44,738 bases of DNA. Origin: Fimbriimonadales bacterium. Its GTDB lineage: Bacteria; Armatimonadota; Fimbriimonadia; Fimbriimonadales; ATM1. The notes under the pieces are model-generated. The model saw nothing but the letters and a program-made list of their open reading frames with translations, did not search any database and was not told the DNA's origin. The stretch is from assembly GCA_051003155.1 (NCBI GenBank), contig JBPCLO010000038.1:1-44738 (forward strand), read 5' to 3'. Made by a program: the position numbers and the translations under genes. Shown here piece by piece: positions 19,118 to 28,702 of the stretch. The first letter of the stretch is position 1. Every line of letters starts with the position of its first letter.

Positions 19118-20265
19118 AGCGAGCCATCCGCAAAGACCCATTTGGACCCTTCTTCGGCCTCGGGTACGGGGGACGCAACCGCAAAATCTACGCCTTCCTT
19201 AAGCGCCTTCACGACTTCGGGCGGAAAATCCTCGTCCGTGGTGCTGGGAGCATCCTTACCCTCGGGGGAATACTTGTCTGCGTCGGTCTTGCTCAAGATT
19301 CCCATCTCGACCAGGTGCCTCTTATAGATAGCAATCGGGTCGCGGCTTCTACCCTTTTCGACCTCGGCCGGGGTGCGGTATTTCACCGCGCGGTCGTCGT
19401 CATGGTCGCCGTGGCCATAAGCGCGGAACGTTTTGCATTCGATGATTGCCGGGCCTTTGCCTCGGCGTGCCCACTCGGTCGCCCACATCATCTTGTCGTA
19501 GACGTCGAGCACGTCCTGTCCATCAGCGATAAGCCCTGGGATATCGAACCCCTTGGCACGGTCAGCAACGTCCTTGGTCGGGCATTCCAGTTCGACGGGG
19601 GTGCCGTATGCCCACTGGTTGTTTTCGATGATCGTTAAGACTGGAAGCTTATGGATCGCGGCGAAGTTTATTGCCTCATGGAAGATTCCCTGGGCGGTGG
19701 ATCCCTCCCCGTTGTAAGTCACGGCGACATTCTGTTGCCCGTCCAGCTTCAATGAGTACGCGATCCCAGCAGCGACCGGGATCGTTCCGGCGAGCATGCT
19801 GGTGCTGCAAATGATCCTTTTCTCTAAGCTGCCAATGTGGGACCAGTTGTCCCGTGCGCGGCCAGGAGCGGTCACCTTCCCCCAAACCTGGGCGCACACC
19901 TCGCCGATCGTCATGCCCCTGCGCTCGGGGTTATCTGCGCCTGAGCGCAGGTCTTTCAGGAAGAACGCCGGCATGTCACGGTGAATGGGAGACAGCCAGT
20001 CGTCCGGCTTCAACCCATAAATAGTGCCGACCAAAATCGCCTCTTGGTTATGGGATGAGTAGAGTGTTCCCCTGAGCCTCCCGCGACGCTTCTCTTTGAT
20101 AAGCCGAACGTCGAAGTAGCGCGCCAAATAAAGCTGGCGCAGCATTTCAAGATGGTCTTGCGGTGATAATAAATCGCGAGCCCTCTGGCTCGCGGGCTTT
20201 GCATCTTTCGTTAACTTTTCGCCCTTCTCCAGCTTCGGAGAGGCAACCGACGCTTCGGTGCTCAA
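19114..20265 (-). CDS. 2-oxoacid dehydrogenase E1 alpha subunit (branched-chain-like)
   Basis: TPP motif GEGSTAQG.FHEAINFA...IENNQW; AGGAG upstream of the TTG start. Confidence 0.9.
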   Translation of the reverse strand: MSTEASVASPKLEKGEKLTKDAKPASQRARDLLSPQDHLEMLRQLYLARYFDVRLIKEKRRGRLRGTLYSSHNQEAILVGTIYGLKPDDWLSPIHRDMPAFFLKDLRSGADNPERRGMTIGEVCAQVWGKVTAPGRARDNWSHIGSLEKRIICSTSMLAGTIPVAAGIAYSLKLDGQQNVAVTYNGEGSTAQGIFHEAINFAAIHKLPVLTIIENNQWAYGTPVELECPTKDVADRAKGFDIPGLIADGQDVLDVYDKMMWATEWARRGKGPAIIECKTFRAYGHGDHDDDRAVKYRTPAEVEKGRSRDPIAIYKRHLVEMGILSKTDADKYSPEGKDAPSTTDEDFPPEVVKALKEGVDFAVASPVPEAEEGSKWVFADGSL

Positions 20266-20386
20266 AATCTAAAACTCCTGTTGCGGTTCCTTCCTTGGAC
20301 CGGTCGAAAAAGTATACCTACAAGCAGCTTCACCGCGGCATAGACGTCCTGGGGAACTTAAGGGCGAGCGCAGGGGTCTAAGAGGC

Positions 20387-21088
20387 ATGCGATTTACCGC
20401 GTCCTGCATAGTTGCGATCGCTTCGAGCGCCTGCTTCGCGCAGCTGGACCCGTACACCCAGATCGAGCGCGCGGTCGATATTTCTCTTCGACATGCACAA
20501 GTTATCGTGGACGTAGGCGGATGGACGCAGATGGGAAACAGCCCCGCCGAACAATACCGTCTGAGGGTGTACATTCAAGGAAAAAAGATGCTCGCGGATG
20601 CCTTCGTAAACGATGAGCGCAGGCTGATGGTCCTGGCGGACAGCGCCAAGGTCTGGCGGTACGACCCGGCAGCGAACGAGTACACGTACCTCGCTCAACC
20701 CGATACGATCCAGAAAACTTTCGGCGTGGCGGTAGCGTGGGCGCGCTCCGAAATGCAGAGGCCGCTGCGCCTGCTGGCTCAGAGTTCGCGCTGGCTCGTG
20801 AATCCCACCATCGAATCGGAGAGCCACCACGTTCGGCTGCACACGGTCGTGCCGGTGGGCAGTGAAGGCGACTGGCGTGGGACGGACCTCAACTTTTACT
20901 TCAGCCAGACGTCTGGCGCTATGCAGTCGTTTACGATTCGCGAGCGGATCGACATGCCGGGCCGCACACTCAAAGTGTCGGACTTCACGGGCACTTTCCT
21001 CTACCCCGAGACCTTCAACTACCCGTTCACGTTTACGCCACCCCGCGGCTCTAAGCCTGCAGCGGACCTTCCGAGCCGAATAGGCTAA
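20387..21088 (+). CDS. Exported LolA-like/DUF2092-like protein
   Basis: Signal peptide; V.D..KVWRYDPAANEYT and C-terminal FTFTPPRGSK, typical of LolA-fold proteins. Confidence 0.65.
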   Translation: MRFTASCIVAIASSACFAQLDPYTQIERAVDISLRHAQVIVDVGGWTQMGNSPAEQYRLRVYIQGKKMLADAFVNDERRLMVLADSAKVWRYDPAANEYTYLAQPDTIQKTFGVAVAWARSEMQRPLRLLAQSSRWLVNPTIESESHHVRLHTVVPVGSEGDWRGTDLNFYFSQTSGAMQSFTIRERIDMPGRTLKVSDFTGTFLYPETFNYPFTFTPPRGSKPAADLPSRIG

Positions 21089-21201
21089 CCCGCCACCGCG
21101 GGGAGTCGCCGACCCTGGAACGAGGCCGTCAGCCAACCATTGGTGCGTAGCGAGAATGCCTGAAAGCGGCATTCCGATGGATCCGGCAGATGTTCGCTGA
21201 C

Positions 21202-22050
21202 TCAGACGGAGCCGTGGGGGCGAAGCGCGACGAAATCGCTGTGCCCGTCGCGCTCGCCCGGCGATACCGGAACGAACTTGCGACCCCTTAGCACGTTGAC
21301 CACGTAGCCGTAAGATTCGAGCAGATCGTGCATCTCGGCGGACGTGTGCCCGAAGTTCTTGTTCAGGATGTCGATGCTCTCGTAGAAAATCGCGGCGGGC
21401 GGAAAATTGGCAAGCAGGCCCGACGCGCCGCGAAACACCTGCATCTCCGCGCCCTCGACGTCGACCTTCATCACGTCGATGCTCTTGATGCCGTGCTCCT
21501 CGCAATAGTGGTCGAGCGTCGTGACTTTTACCGTACGCGTTCCCGGACCGCGAAAGGCAAGGTGCGACTGGCCCAAATCGCGCAGCGAAGGAACGACGAA
21601 GCCCATCTCGCCCTCTTCTTCGCCTAGCGCCATGTTGTTCAGGGTGGCGTTGTCGAGGTCGTTGAGCTTCACGTTGCGCGTCAGAAAGTCGAACTGAATT
21701 GGCCCCGGCTCGAACGAATGCACGGCTCCCTTCTCCTCCACCGCAGCAGCGCCGACGAGGGTGAACTGGCCGAAGTGAGCGCCGATATCGAAGAAAGTCA
21801 TGCCCGGCCACAGCAACTTCCTCACTTGCTGCAGCGTGTCGTGCTCGTAGCAGCCGCGCATGTAGATTTCGTAGCTGACACCGTCCGCGGGATTGATGAT
21901 CATCTTGCGGTCGCCCAGCAGACGAACTTGAATCTCTTCGTCGACGGGGTGGAAGCGGCTCTTCAGGCCATTAACGAGATAATCCCACCGTTTTAGCGGT
22001 GGGAAAATCCGAAATGCCATATGGGCCGCGCGATGGATTAGTCGCGGCAA
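21202..22050 (-). CDS. FkbM family methyltransferase
   Basis: FFDIGAHFGQF, VHSFEP, MKVDVEGAE. Confidence 0.9.
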   Translation of the reverse strand: MPRLIHRAAHMAFRIFPPLKRWDYLVNGLKSRFHPVDEEIQVRLLGDRKMIINPADGVSYEIYMRGCYEHDTLQQVRKLLWPGMTFFDIGAHFGQFTLVGAAAVEEKGAVHSFEPGPIQFDFLTRNVKLNDLDNATLNNMALGEEEGEMGFVVPSLRDLGQSHLAFRGPGTRTVKVTTLDHYCEEHGIKSIDVMKVDVEGAEMQVFRGASGLLANFPPAAIFYESIDILNKNFGHTSAEMHDLLESYGYVVNVLRGRKFVPVSPGERDGHSDFVALRPHGSV

Positions 22051-22087
22051 TGCATTCGCCTTTGACCCAATACAGATACACTCATGC

Positions 22088-23623
22088 TTATGTTCCGACG
22101 TCGATCACAGACGTATCTGAACCGTTGATCTTTTCGTAGTACACGAGGGCCGTGACCATCCCTACGCCTATCGAAAACGCCGCTACGTGAAAGCGGTCGA
22201 CCATCCACCAGTTAACCGGGCTGCAAACGAGCAGCCAGGCCATTTGCGCCAGCGGAACCGAGCACAGCGCGCGGTGGAACGGGTTGCGCAGGCGCAAAAA
22301 CGCCCAGATCGTGAGCCATACGAATGAGGCGTAACACGACAGAATCAAGGCCATCCCCACAAGTCCGCCCACAGCGAGTGGATACGTCCACGAGTTGTCG
22401 ATAAACGCAATAAAGTCGGTTTCGAACTGGCGATTGACAGTTGTACCGAACCACACTCCCGGCCCGCCTCCGAATAGTGGGTTCTGTTCGAAGATCGCGT
22501 CCGCCTGGCGGAGTAGCCGCATGCGGTAGGTGATGCCTTCGTCCGCCTGGATGGCTTCCCTGGAGGTAAGGGCGACGGCCCGTTCGGCTTTCTCGTAGGC
22601 GGTGCCGAACTTTTCGCCGACCTCACCGCCGATAGCGAGAATAATCAGCACGGCGGTCACCAGCGCGGTGGCGCTGCGGAGCAGGAATCGGAAACGAGGG
22701 ATGCCCGGTATGAAAGCCAGGACGATGATGAGCGCGACGACTATGCCCCCGTAAGACGCGCGGCCGCGATCGAGGAAGATGATGAAGGCTCCGCCCAGGC
22801 CACCGACCAGGGAAATAATCTTCCAGTACGAGGTCTTGGCAAAGGCCAATACGACAACGCCGATCAATGTACCCAACACCGCGAATCCAAGCTGGTTCGT
22901 GCGAACAGAGAGGTCGCCAAACGATCTGGGACTCTTTCCCCCGTAGCCCATCTTCTCGATTAAGGGGCTGAGCCAGCCCGCCTCGACACACAGAGCGAAG
23001 ACCGAACCGACGAGCAGGCTCACGAAAATGACGGTAAAAAACGAACTCCAGATTCGTCCGGATGTCAAGCACAGAAACGTAGGTATTGCGAGCGTGAAGT
23101 AGAACCAACCAATTGCCTGAATCAAAGCATTATCTTGGCGGCCCCAGAAGAAGAACGCGATGATGACGTAGACGGTCGTGTATGTGAACAGCAAAATGGG
23201 CAGAACCAGCATCGCCCTAGGCATCGACGGCCTATTTCTTTGGTTCACCCAGTACACGATCATTGCAACAAACGCAAGAAAGAATAGGATATCGCCCGGG
23301 CCAACTGAGTCTTTGATCCGCATCCCGAGCGAGTTCGGAAACTGCCCGTAGAAAATTGTATGGCCGAAGATTATGCCCAAGAGGAGCATCCATTCCGGCC
23401 TGACCAGCATGAGGCCGAACATGAGAATGCCGGCGAGTGACCCACCGAGAATTAATAGCGGCGTTCGCGGATTCGTCGCGAGAAGTATGAACAGGGCCGC
23501 AGCGATCAGCATGAAGCCCGACAGAACGATTAGAGTTACGAGGACGTTACGTCTACCGGGACTGCCGGATGCAAGCCTATCTAAGACTTTGCCGATACCG
23601 ATTGTTGTTCTTGCGAGGCTCAT
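22088..23623 (-). CDS. O-antigen ligase/polymerase (Wzy/WaaL-like) membrane protein
   Basis: About 12 TM segments, GRASY, periplasmic loop R....A...F.QNPLFGGGPG, DNSW...GGLVG. Start placed at ATG 23623. Confidence 0.75.
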   Translation of the reverse strand: MSLARTTIGIGKVLDRLASGSPGRRNVLVTLIVLSGFMLIAAALFILLATNPRTPLLILGGSLAGILMFGLMLVRPEWMLLLGIIFGHTIFYGQFPNSLGMRIKDSVGPGDILFFLAFVAMIVYWVNQRNRPSMPRAMLVLPILLFTYTTVYVIIAFFFWGRQDNALIQAIGWFYFTLAIPTFLCLTSGRIWSSFFTVIFVSLLVGSVFALCVEAGWLSPLIEKMGYGGKSPRSFGDLSVRTNQLGFAVLGTLIGVVVLAFAKTSYWKIISLVGGLGGAFIIFLDRGRASYGGIVVALIIVLAFIPGIPRFRFLLRSATALVTAVLIILAIGGEVGEKFGTAYEKAERAVALTSREAIQADEGITYRMRLLRQADAIFEQNPLFGGGPGVWFGTTVNRQFETDFIAFIDNSWTYPLAVGGLVGMALILSCYASFVWLTIWAFLRLRNPFHRALCSVPLAQMAWLLVCSPVNWWMVDRFHVAAFSIGVGMVTALVYYEKINGSDTSVIDVGT

Positions 23624-23718
23624 TACAATAAATTCTTCGCCGATGATACTCAAATAGGACGTGCCGACAACCAAGCAAGCCTTGGCTATCGGCACTTTTC
23701 TGTCGTCTTACGCCGCGG

Positions 23719-24228
23719 TTAGCGTTTGACTCTGCGTCGCGCTGCAAGCAGGCCAATGCCCGCGAGCATTCCCACGACAGTCGCGGGTTCCGGAACTTGC
23801 TCCGGATTGATTTGGCCGCGAATCTCGCCACTAGGAATCTCGACGGTATGAATATTCGCGTATACCCGTCCGGCCAGGAACTCGATTTCCTGGAGGTCGT
23901 CGAAGGTGAACGTGTCGTTACTACTATATGTAGTACCCCCCGTGTCGCCGCTCAGCGGGAACATAACGGGACCAATGACGCCCATTGGAGCGTTGTGAAT
24001 GTGAGCAGCGGTTACGGGGGAAGTCAAACCTTGGGCAACGACAACAATCAACAACATGTTCGTGACGTCGTCGTAATTCCCGGTGATCAGGCCGATGCCG
24101 GGACTGCCGTTCGGCGGCACTTCTTGGCCTCCGTCCATGGAGTCGTCGAAAATCCACAGGGTGGCATTCGCCTGCATGGTCGCTGCGCCGATCATCGCAG
24201 TAAGGGCGAACTTGATGAAGTTCTTCAT
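23719..24228 (-). CDS. CHRD-domain PEP-CTERM protein
   Basis: Signal peptide; GGQEVPP, AAHIH, YANIHT...GEIRGQI; C-terminal VPEP-TM-RRR. Confidence 0.9.
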   Translation of the reverse strand: MKNFIKFALTAMIGAATMQANATLWIFDDSMDGGQEVPPNGSPGIGLITGNYDDVTNMLLIVVVAQGLTSPVTAAHIHNAPMGVIGPVMFPLSGDTGGTTYSSNDTFTFDDLQEIEFLAGRVYANIHTVEIPSGEIRGQINPEQVPEPATVVGMLAGIGLLAARRRVKR

Positions 24229-24574
24229 TTGTCTCCTCCTTTCTTAGGAACTTTGCGGGCGGGAAAACCACCCGATATCATTACTACACCAATTTAGATG
24301 CAAAACCGCTCCCTATCCGTGCTTTTCCTATGAATATCTCATGAAAGTTCCGAACCGAGTCATTGCCGCATGAGGTACTTCCCCTCACCTACACTGCCTA
24401 ACAGCTGCGTCGGCCTCGACCAGCGGACAAGAGAGCAGGCCACCGAGAGGGGACGGCCCGCTTGGGCTTACTCAGCCTTCGAGAGATCGTTCAAACGCCC
24501 ACTTTCCTAACTGCAATGTTATAATTGGCGGCTAGACAGGCAATTGTGACTAGATCGGGACTTTGCTCCTAGGG

Positions 24575-24603
24575 AAAAAGAGCCGCCCTTGGGCGGACGG
24601 CTC
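24575..24603 (-). terminator. Rho-independent terminator of the 24634..25251 gene
   Basis: Minus strand reads GAGCCGTCC-GCCCAA-GGGCGGCTC-TTTTT. Confidence 0.75.
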
Positions 24604-24633
24604 GCGATTCGACTAAGCCCGTGGAGCTTAGCG

Positions 24634-25251
24634 TTACTTTCTTCGGCGGCTGGCGACTAACGCCGCTAAGCCAACGCCGAGGGCAAGGAACGTGCCAGGC
24701 TCGGGAACCATACAGTAACCGGCGCCAGTCAGGGCGATCGTGTAGCCGGCTCCGCTGGTGCCGCCGCCGTCCCAGCTCGTGATTGGGCTGCCTGCTCCTG
24801 GGCCATCCGGAGCTCTCTCCTCACCGAATGGCGTATCCGCCCATATCTCACCACCTGCGCTCAGCGCGTCGTTATCGAAGCTTGAGATAGCGAGGTAGTA
24901 CGTGCCGACATCAGGAACGAACGCACCCGTAATGGTGGACTGGACACCGCCGCCCGAGTCATCGTTGAAGGTGACACCCATGCCGTCGACATCGAACAGG
25001 AACAACTGTGTATCCCAATCGGCGCCGCCTAGCGTCGATGCGCTAAATCCGGCAACGTCGGTGATGGTGATGCAGTACATGTCTTCGAGATCGTTGAAAT
25101 CGAGACCGCCGCGGATCGCTACCAGAGGACCTTCACCCATCGTCATCTCGCCTGGGGGCAATGGACCTGCGTCGATTTCACCCCAAACGCCACCCGCAAC
25201 TGCCGGCCACGCCATGCATAGCGCGCCTGCGAGAACCATTAGTTTCTTCAT
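24634..25251 (-). CDS. PEP-CTERM protein (DVUA0089/PPC-like domain)
   Basis: Signal peptide; DTQLFLFD..G.GV.FNDD, GTYYLAIS; C-terminal VPEPGT-TM-RRRK. Confidence 0.88.
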   Translation of the reverse strand: MKKLMVLAGALCMAWPAVAGGVWGEIDAGPLPPGEMTMGEGPLVAIRGGLDFNDLEDMYCITITDVAGFSASTLGGADWDTQLFLFDVDGMGVTFNDDSGGGVQSTITGAFVPDVGTYYLAISSFDNDALSAGGEIWADTPFGEERAPDGPGAGSPITSWDGGGTSGAGYTIALTGAGYCMVPEPGTFLALGVGLAALVASRRRK

Positions 25252-25373
25252 TAGTACTGACCTCTCTTTTTTTACTCGAGTATGGGCAGCGGATAGAAGT
25301 TGCGCTGCCTACTCCCTCATTCTACGCGATATTTTGGATTCCTTCAAGAAAAAGTGCGCATCTCTCCAGGCTC

Positions 25374-26477
25374 CTAACCGAATTCCGACACGATTCCGGC
25401 GGCATACCGAACCTGCTCTTCGGTCAAATGAGCCTGAATCGGCAGAGATAGAACTTCCCTGCATGCGCGTTCGGTTTCCGGAAAACTTCCTTGTGCGTGG
25501 CCAAGGAAGGCATAAACGGGTTGAACATGAAGTGGAACCGGATAATAGATCGCGCAACCGACTCCGTTCTCCTTCAAATGCGCCATCAATCCATCGCGAT
25601 TCGGATGTCGAACTGTGTACTGGTGATAGGGGTGGTACGTGCTTTCGGCTTCGCCGTGAGGCGGCCGCGCATTCGAACCAGCCAATGCGCTGCCGTAAAT
25701 GGCCGCGTTTCGCCGCCGCAAGTCGTTCCACTCCATAAGCTTGCGCAGCTTCACCCGCAGGATGGCGCCTTGAATCTCATCTAGTCGGCTCGTGTGGCCG
25801 ATGTCTTCGTAAAGATACGGCTCCTTGGCCATGCCGTGCACCCGGAGGCTGCGGCTTCGATATGCGACTTCGTCGTCATTGGTTAAGATCATGCCGGCGT
25901 CGCCTGCGGCTCCAAGGTTCTTCGTGGGAAAGAAGGACAATGCCGCTGCTTTGCCCCAATAGCCGCACGGATGGCCGTTTCGGGTGCTCCCGATCGCTTG
26001 CGCCGCATCTTCGAGGACGTATAGACCGTGGGCGTCCGCAATTTCCATGATCTGCTCCATCTCGGCGATCTGGCCGAACAGATGAATGGGGAGGATGGCC
26101 TTTGTCTTTGGCGTGATCGCCGCCTCGAGCTTGGAGACGTTGAGGTTGAAAGTCTGCGGGTCGATGTCGACAAAGACCGGCGTCGCGTAATTTTGGATGA
26201 TCGCCTCGATCGTCGCAACGAAGGTGAACGGAGTCGTGATGACCTCATCGCCGTGCGTAACTCCCATGGCCTGAAGGCCGATCTTTAGGGCGTCCGTGCC
26301 GCTGTTGCACGAGATCGCGTGCGTGGTGCCGCAGAAGGTGGCAATCTCTTCTTCCAGGGCTGCGACGTGTTTGCTCGGCGTGTACATTCCGCTGGAAATG
26401 ACTTCGAGAACCGCGTCTTCCAACTCTGCCTTGAGTTCCTCATATTGGGCTTTCAAGTCTACAAGGGGTACGTTCAA
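25374..26477 (-). CDS. DegT/DnrJ/EryC1/StrS sugar aminotransferase
   Basis: VPLVDLKAQY, NSGTDAL, EDAAQAIG, SFFPTKNLG..GDAG. TTG start at 26477 behind AGGAGG. Confidence 0.92.
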   Translation of the reverse strand: MNVPLVDLKAQYEELKAELEDAVLEVISSGMYTPSKHVAALEEEIATFCGTTHAISCNSGTDALKIGLQAMGVTHGDEVITTPFTFVATIEAIIQNYATPVFVDIDPQTFNLNVSKLEAAITPKTKAILPIHLFGQIAEMEQIMEIADAHGLYVLEDAAQAIGSTRNGHPCGYWGKAAALSFFPTKNLGAAGDAGMILTNDDEVAYRSRSLRVHGMAKEPYLYEDIGHTSRLDEIQGAILRVKLRKLMEWNDLRRRNAAIYGSALAGSNARPPHGEAESTYHPYHQYTVRHPNRDGLMAHLKENGVGCAIYYPVPLHVQPVYAFLGHAQGSFPETERACREVLSLPIQAHLTEEQVRYAAGIVSEFG

Positions 26478-26576
26478 TCCAACCTCCTGGGGCAAGTGGC
26501 ATGGATGATACTGCTTTTCCGGCTCTTTGGCGCACCGAACCTGCCATAATGCTGAAAAGCCCAGGAGGTTGGATTG
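26475..26576. repeat. Perfect 17-bp inverted repeat (CCCAGGAGGTTGGATTG) with 68-bp spacer
   Basis: 26475-26491 CAATCCAACCTCCTGGG is the reverse complement of 26560-26576 CCCAGGAGGTTGGATTG. Confidence 0.95.
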
Positions 26577-28049
26577 CCCGCTTTCCACGAGCGCCTTAGC
26601 TTCGACGATGTACTCCTAGTCCCAAAGAGGACGGAGATCATGCCCCACCAGGTCGACACTTCGACCGAACTTGTGCGCGGTCTCACCCTGCGCGTCCCCA
26701 TCGTATCCGCTCCGATGGATACCGTTACCGAGGCTCGCATGGCGATCGCCATGGCGCGCGAGGGCGGCGTCGGTGTTCTTCACCGCAATATGACCATCGA
26801 CGTACAGGCCGACATGGTCGACCGCGTGAAACGGAGCGAGCACGGCGTTATTCATAACCCTATTCGCCTAGGCAAGGACGACACGATTCAAGACGCGCTA
26901 ACGATCATGGAGCGCTACCACATCAGTGGCGTGCCCATCACGGACGAAGCCGGCACCCTGGTCGGAATTCTTACGAACCGAGACATCAGGTTCGAAACTG
27001 AATTTATGCGCCCGATCCACGAACGAATGACTAGCAAGGGCCTCATCACGACCAAGGAAGGCACCGACCTCGAACAAGCCGAGCGCATCTTGCAGGAGCA
27101 CCGCATCGAGAAGCTGCCGATCGTCGACAAAAGGGGCATCCTCAAGGGCCTCATTACGATCAAGGACATCCTCAAGGTCAAACAGCACCCCTATGCCACT
27201 AAAGACGACAAGGGCCGCCTCGTGGTAGGCGCTGCGATCGGCGCGCTTCGAGAACCCTACGAGCGCGCGAAAGCCTTGCTTGAAGCCGGGGTTGACTTCG
27301 TGGTTATCGACGCGGCGCATGGCCATAGCAAAGGCGTGATGGATTGCGTGAAGCTATTGAAGGAGAAGCTCCCCGAACTCAAAGTCGTCGCGGGCAACGT
27401 GATCGATAGGAACGGCGTTTGCGAGCTTGCGTCGATCGGGGCGGATTGCCTTCGCGTGGGTATCGGGGCAGGTTCGATTTGCACAACGCGCGTTGTTGCA
27501 GGTGTCGGAGTTCCCCAATTCTCGGCGGTACTCGAGTGCGCCGAAGCCGCACGGGGGGCCGGAGTGCCGACCATAGCCGATGGAGGAATTCGTTCGAGCG
27601 GCGACGTGGTGAAGTCTCTCGCGGCAGGCGCGAACGTTGTGATGATGGGCAACATGTTTGCGGGTTGCGATGAGTCACCCGGCGAAATCGAGATGTACCG
27701 CAATCGCGCCTACAAGGTGTATCGAGGTATGGGGTCCGTCAGCGCGATGCGGCAAGGCAGCAGCGACCGGTACTTCGCGGTCAAAGAGGGAACGATGGTC
27801 ACCCCGGAGGGCGTGGAGGGCCGCGTTCCCTACCGCGGCCCTCTTCAGGAGACGATGGTACAGATCGTCGGAGGACTGCGCTCGGGAATGGGATACATCG
27901 GGGCGTGCAGCCTCGGTGAACTGAGCGGTCGCGCAGAATTTATCAAAATCACAAACGCAGGACTCCGCGAATCTCATCCGCACGACGTCTGGATCACCAA
28001 AGAGCCTCCGAATTACAGCAGCCCAACCTTCGGTTCTGAATTGGATTAG
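26574..28049 (+). CDS. guaB: IMP dehydrogenase
   Basis: LSFDDVLL, SAPMDTVTE, CBS pair, GAGSICTTR, YRGMGS, ESHPHD. Confidence 0.97.
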   Translation: MPAFHERLSFDDVLLVPKRTEIMPHQVDTSTELVRGLTLRVPIVSAPMDTVTEARMAIAMAREGGVGVLHRNMTIDVQADMVDRVKRSEHGVIHNPIRLGKDDTIQDALTIMERYHISGVPITDEAGTLVGILTNRDIRFETEFMRPIHERMTSKGLITTKEGTDLEQAERILQEHRIEKLPIVDKRGILKGLITIKDILKVKQHPYATKDDKGRLVVGAAIGALREPYERAKALLEAGVDFVVIDAAHGHSKGVMDCVKLLKEKLPELKVVAGNVIDRNGVCELASIGADCLRVGIGAGSICTTRVVAGVGVPQFSAVLECAEAARGAGVPTIADGGIRSSGDVVKSLAAGANVVMMGNMFAGCDESPGEIEMYRNRAYKVYRGMGSVSAMRQGSSDRYFAVKEGTMVTPEGVEGRVPYRGPLQETMVQIVGGLRSGMGYIGACSLGELSGRAEFIKITNAGLRESHPHDVWITKEPPNYSSPTFGSELD

Positions 28050-28084
28050 CGCGCAATGGGCGTAATTTAAGGCGGAGTAAGAAA

Positions 28085-28570
28085 ATGAACCGCATCATCG
28101 TCACAACATTCGTGATTCTTGCCGCCACGAGCGGCGCGGTCGCGCAGGAGAGCTTGACGTTCTCCGGAAATGTGGTGGGAAATTAAACGTCCGCGGGGCG
28201 AGACGTCAGCCTCCTCGTCGAAGCCTCCAACGCCGGAACCATGCTGGTCCGGCTAGGTCCGGACTGGTTCGTTCAGAACCAAATGATCCGCATCAAGCTT
28301 AGAGATAAGGTCACGGTCGACGGACTCAAGACGCTGGCGAACGGCAAGGGCGTCGTCTCCGCATATTCACTTCAGCTTCGCGGCATGACCTTGTCCTTAC
28401 GCGACGCCAAAGGCAACCCAACTTGGCAGGCATGGCGCGAAGAGCCCCAGACACAAATGAATCAGGATGTTGACGTTGCAGGGTGGAACGTGGTCCCTCG
28501 GACCCGGTGGCGTTATCATGGCGGTACCGACGTACTGGTATGGCGGAACTTCGCCGATCTTTTACAATAA
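28085..28570 (+). pseudogene. Exported OB-fold-like protein (MamS/MamX-domain-like) with in-frame TAA
   Basis: Signal peptide MNRIIVTTFVILAATSGAVA-Q, TAA at 28184, then the same frame continues into VRLGPDWFV..Q......D.VTV.G...LRDAKGNPTW. Confidence 0.6.
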
Positions 28571-28612
28571 CGGCTGGGGCCTCCCCCAGTGGCAGATTTG
28601 GCGATTCTGAGG

Positions 28613-28656
28613 CCTTAATACTTCGCTAACATAGGCGTAACTTAGCCTTTAATGTT
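28613..28656 (+). promoter_or_regulatory. Putative Pho-box-like tandem repeats
   Basis: TAA-core units at 28616, 28627, 28638 (11-bp period) and 28650, directly upstream of the porin-pst operon. Confidence 0.55.
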
Positions 28657-28702
28657 GGCGGCCCATCCTCTGTGTACGCGGGCACCCGCGACACGGAGGA
28701 AT

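Noticed and set aside
20378..21811. 477-aa minus-strand ORF
   Set aside because: Arg-rich shadow frame overlapping FkbM and antisense to the LolA-like gene; no motifs.
6082..28186. TAA reassignment or read-through suggested by three in-frame TAAs
   Set aside because: TAA is the normal terminator of several intact genes here (e.g. stops at 896, 3615, 33376), so mutation or error is simpler.
28085..28570. Magnetosome island
   Set aside because: Only one weakly similar domain; no other mam/mms genes.
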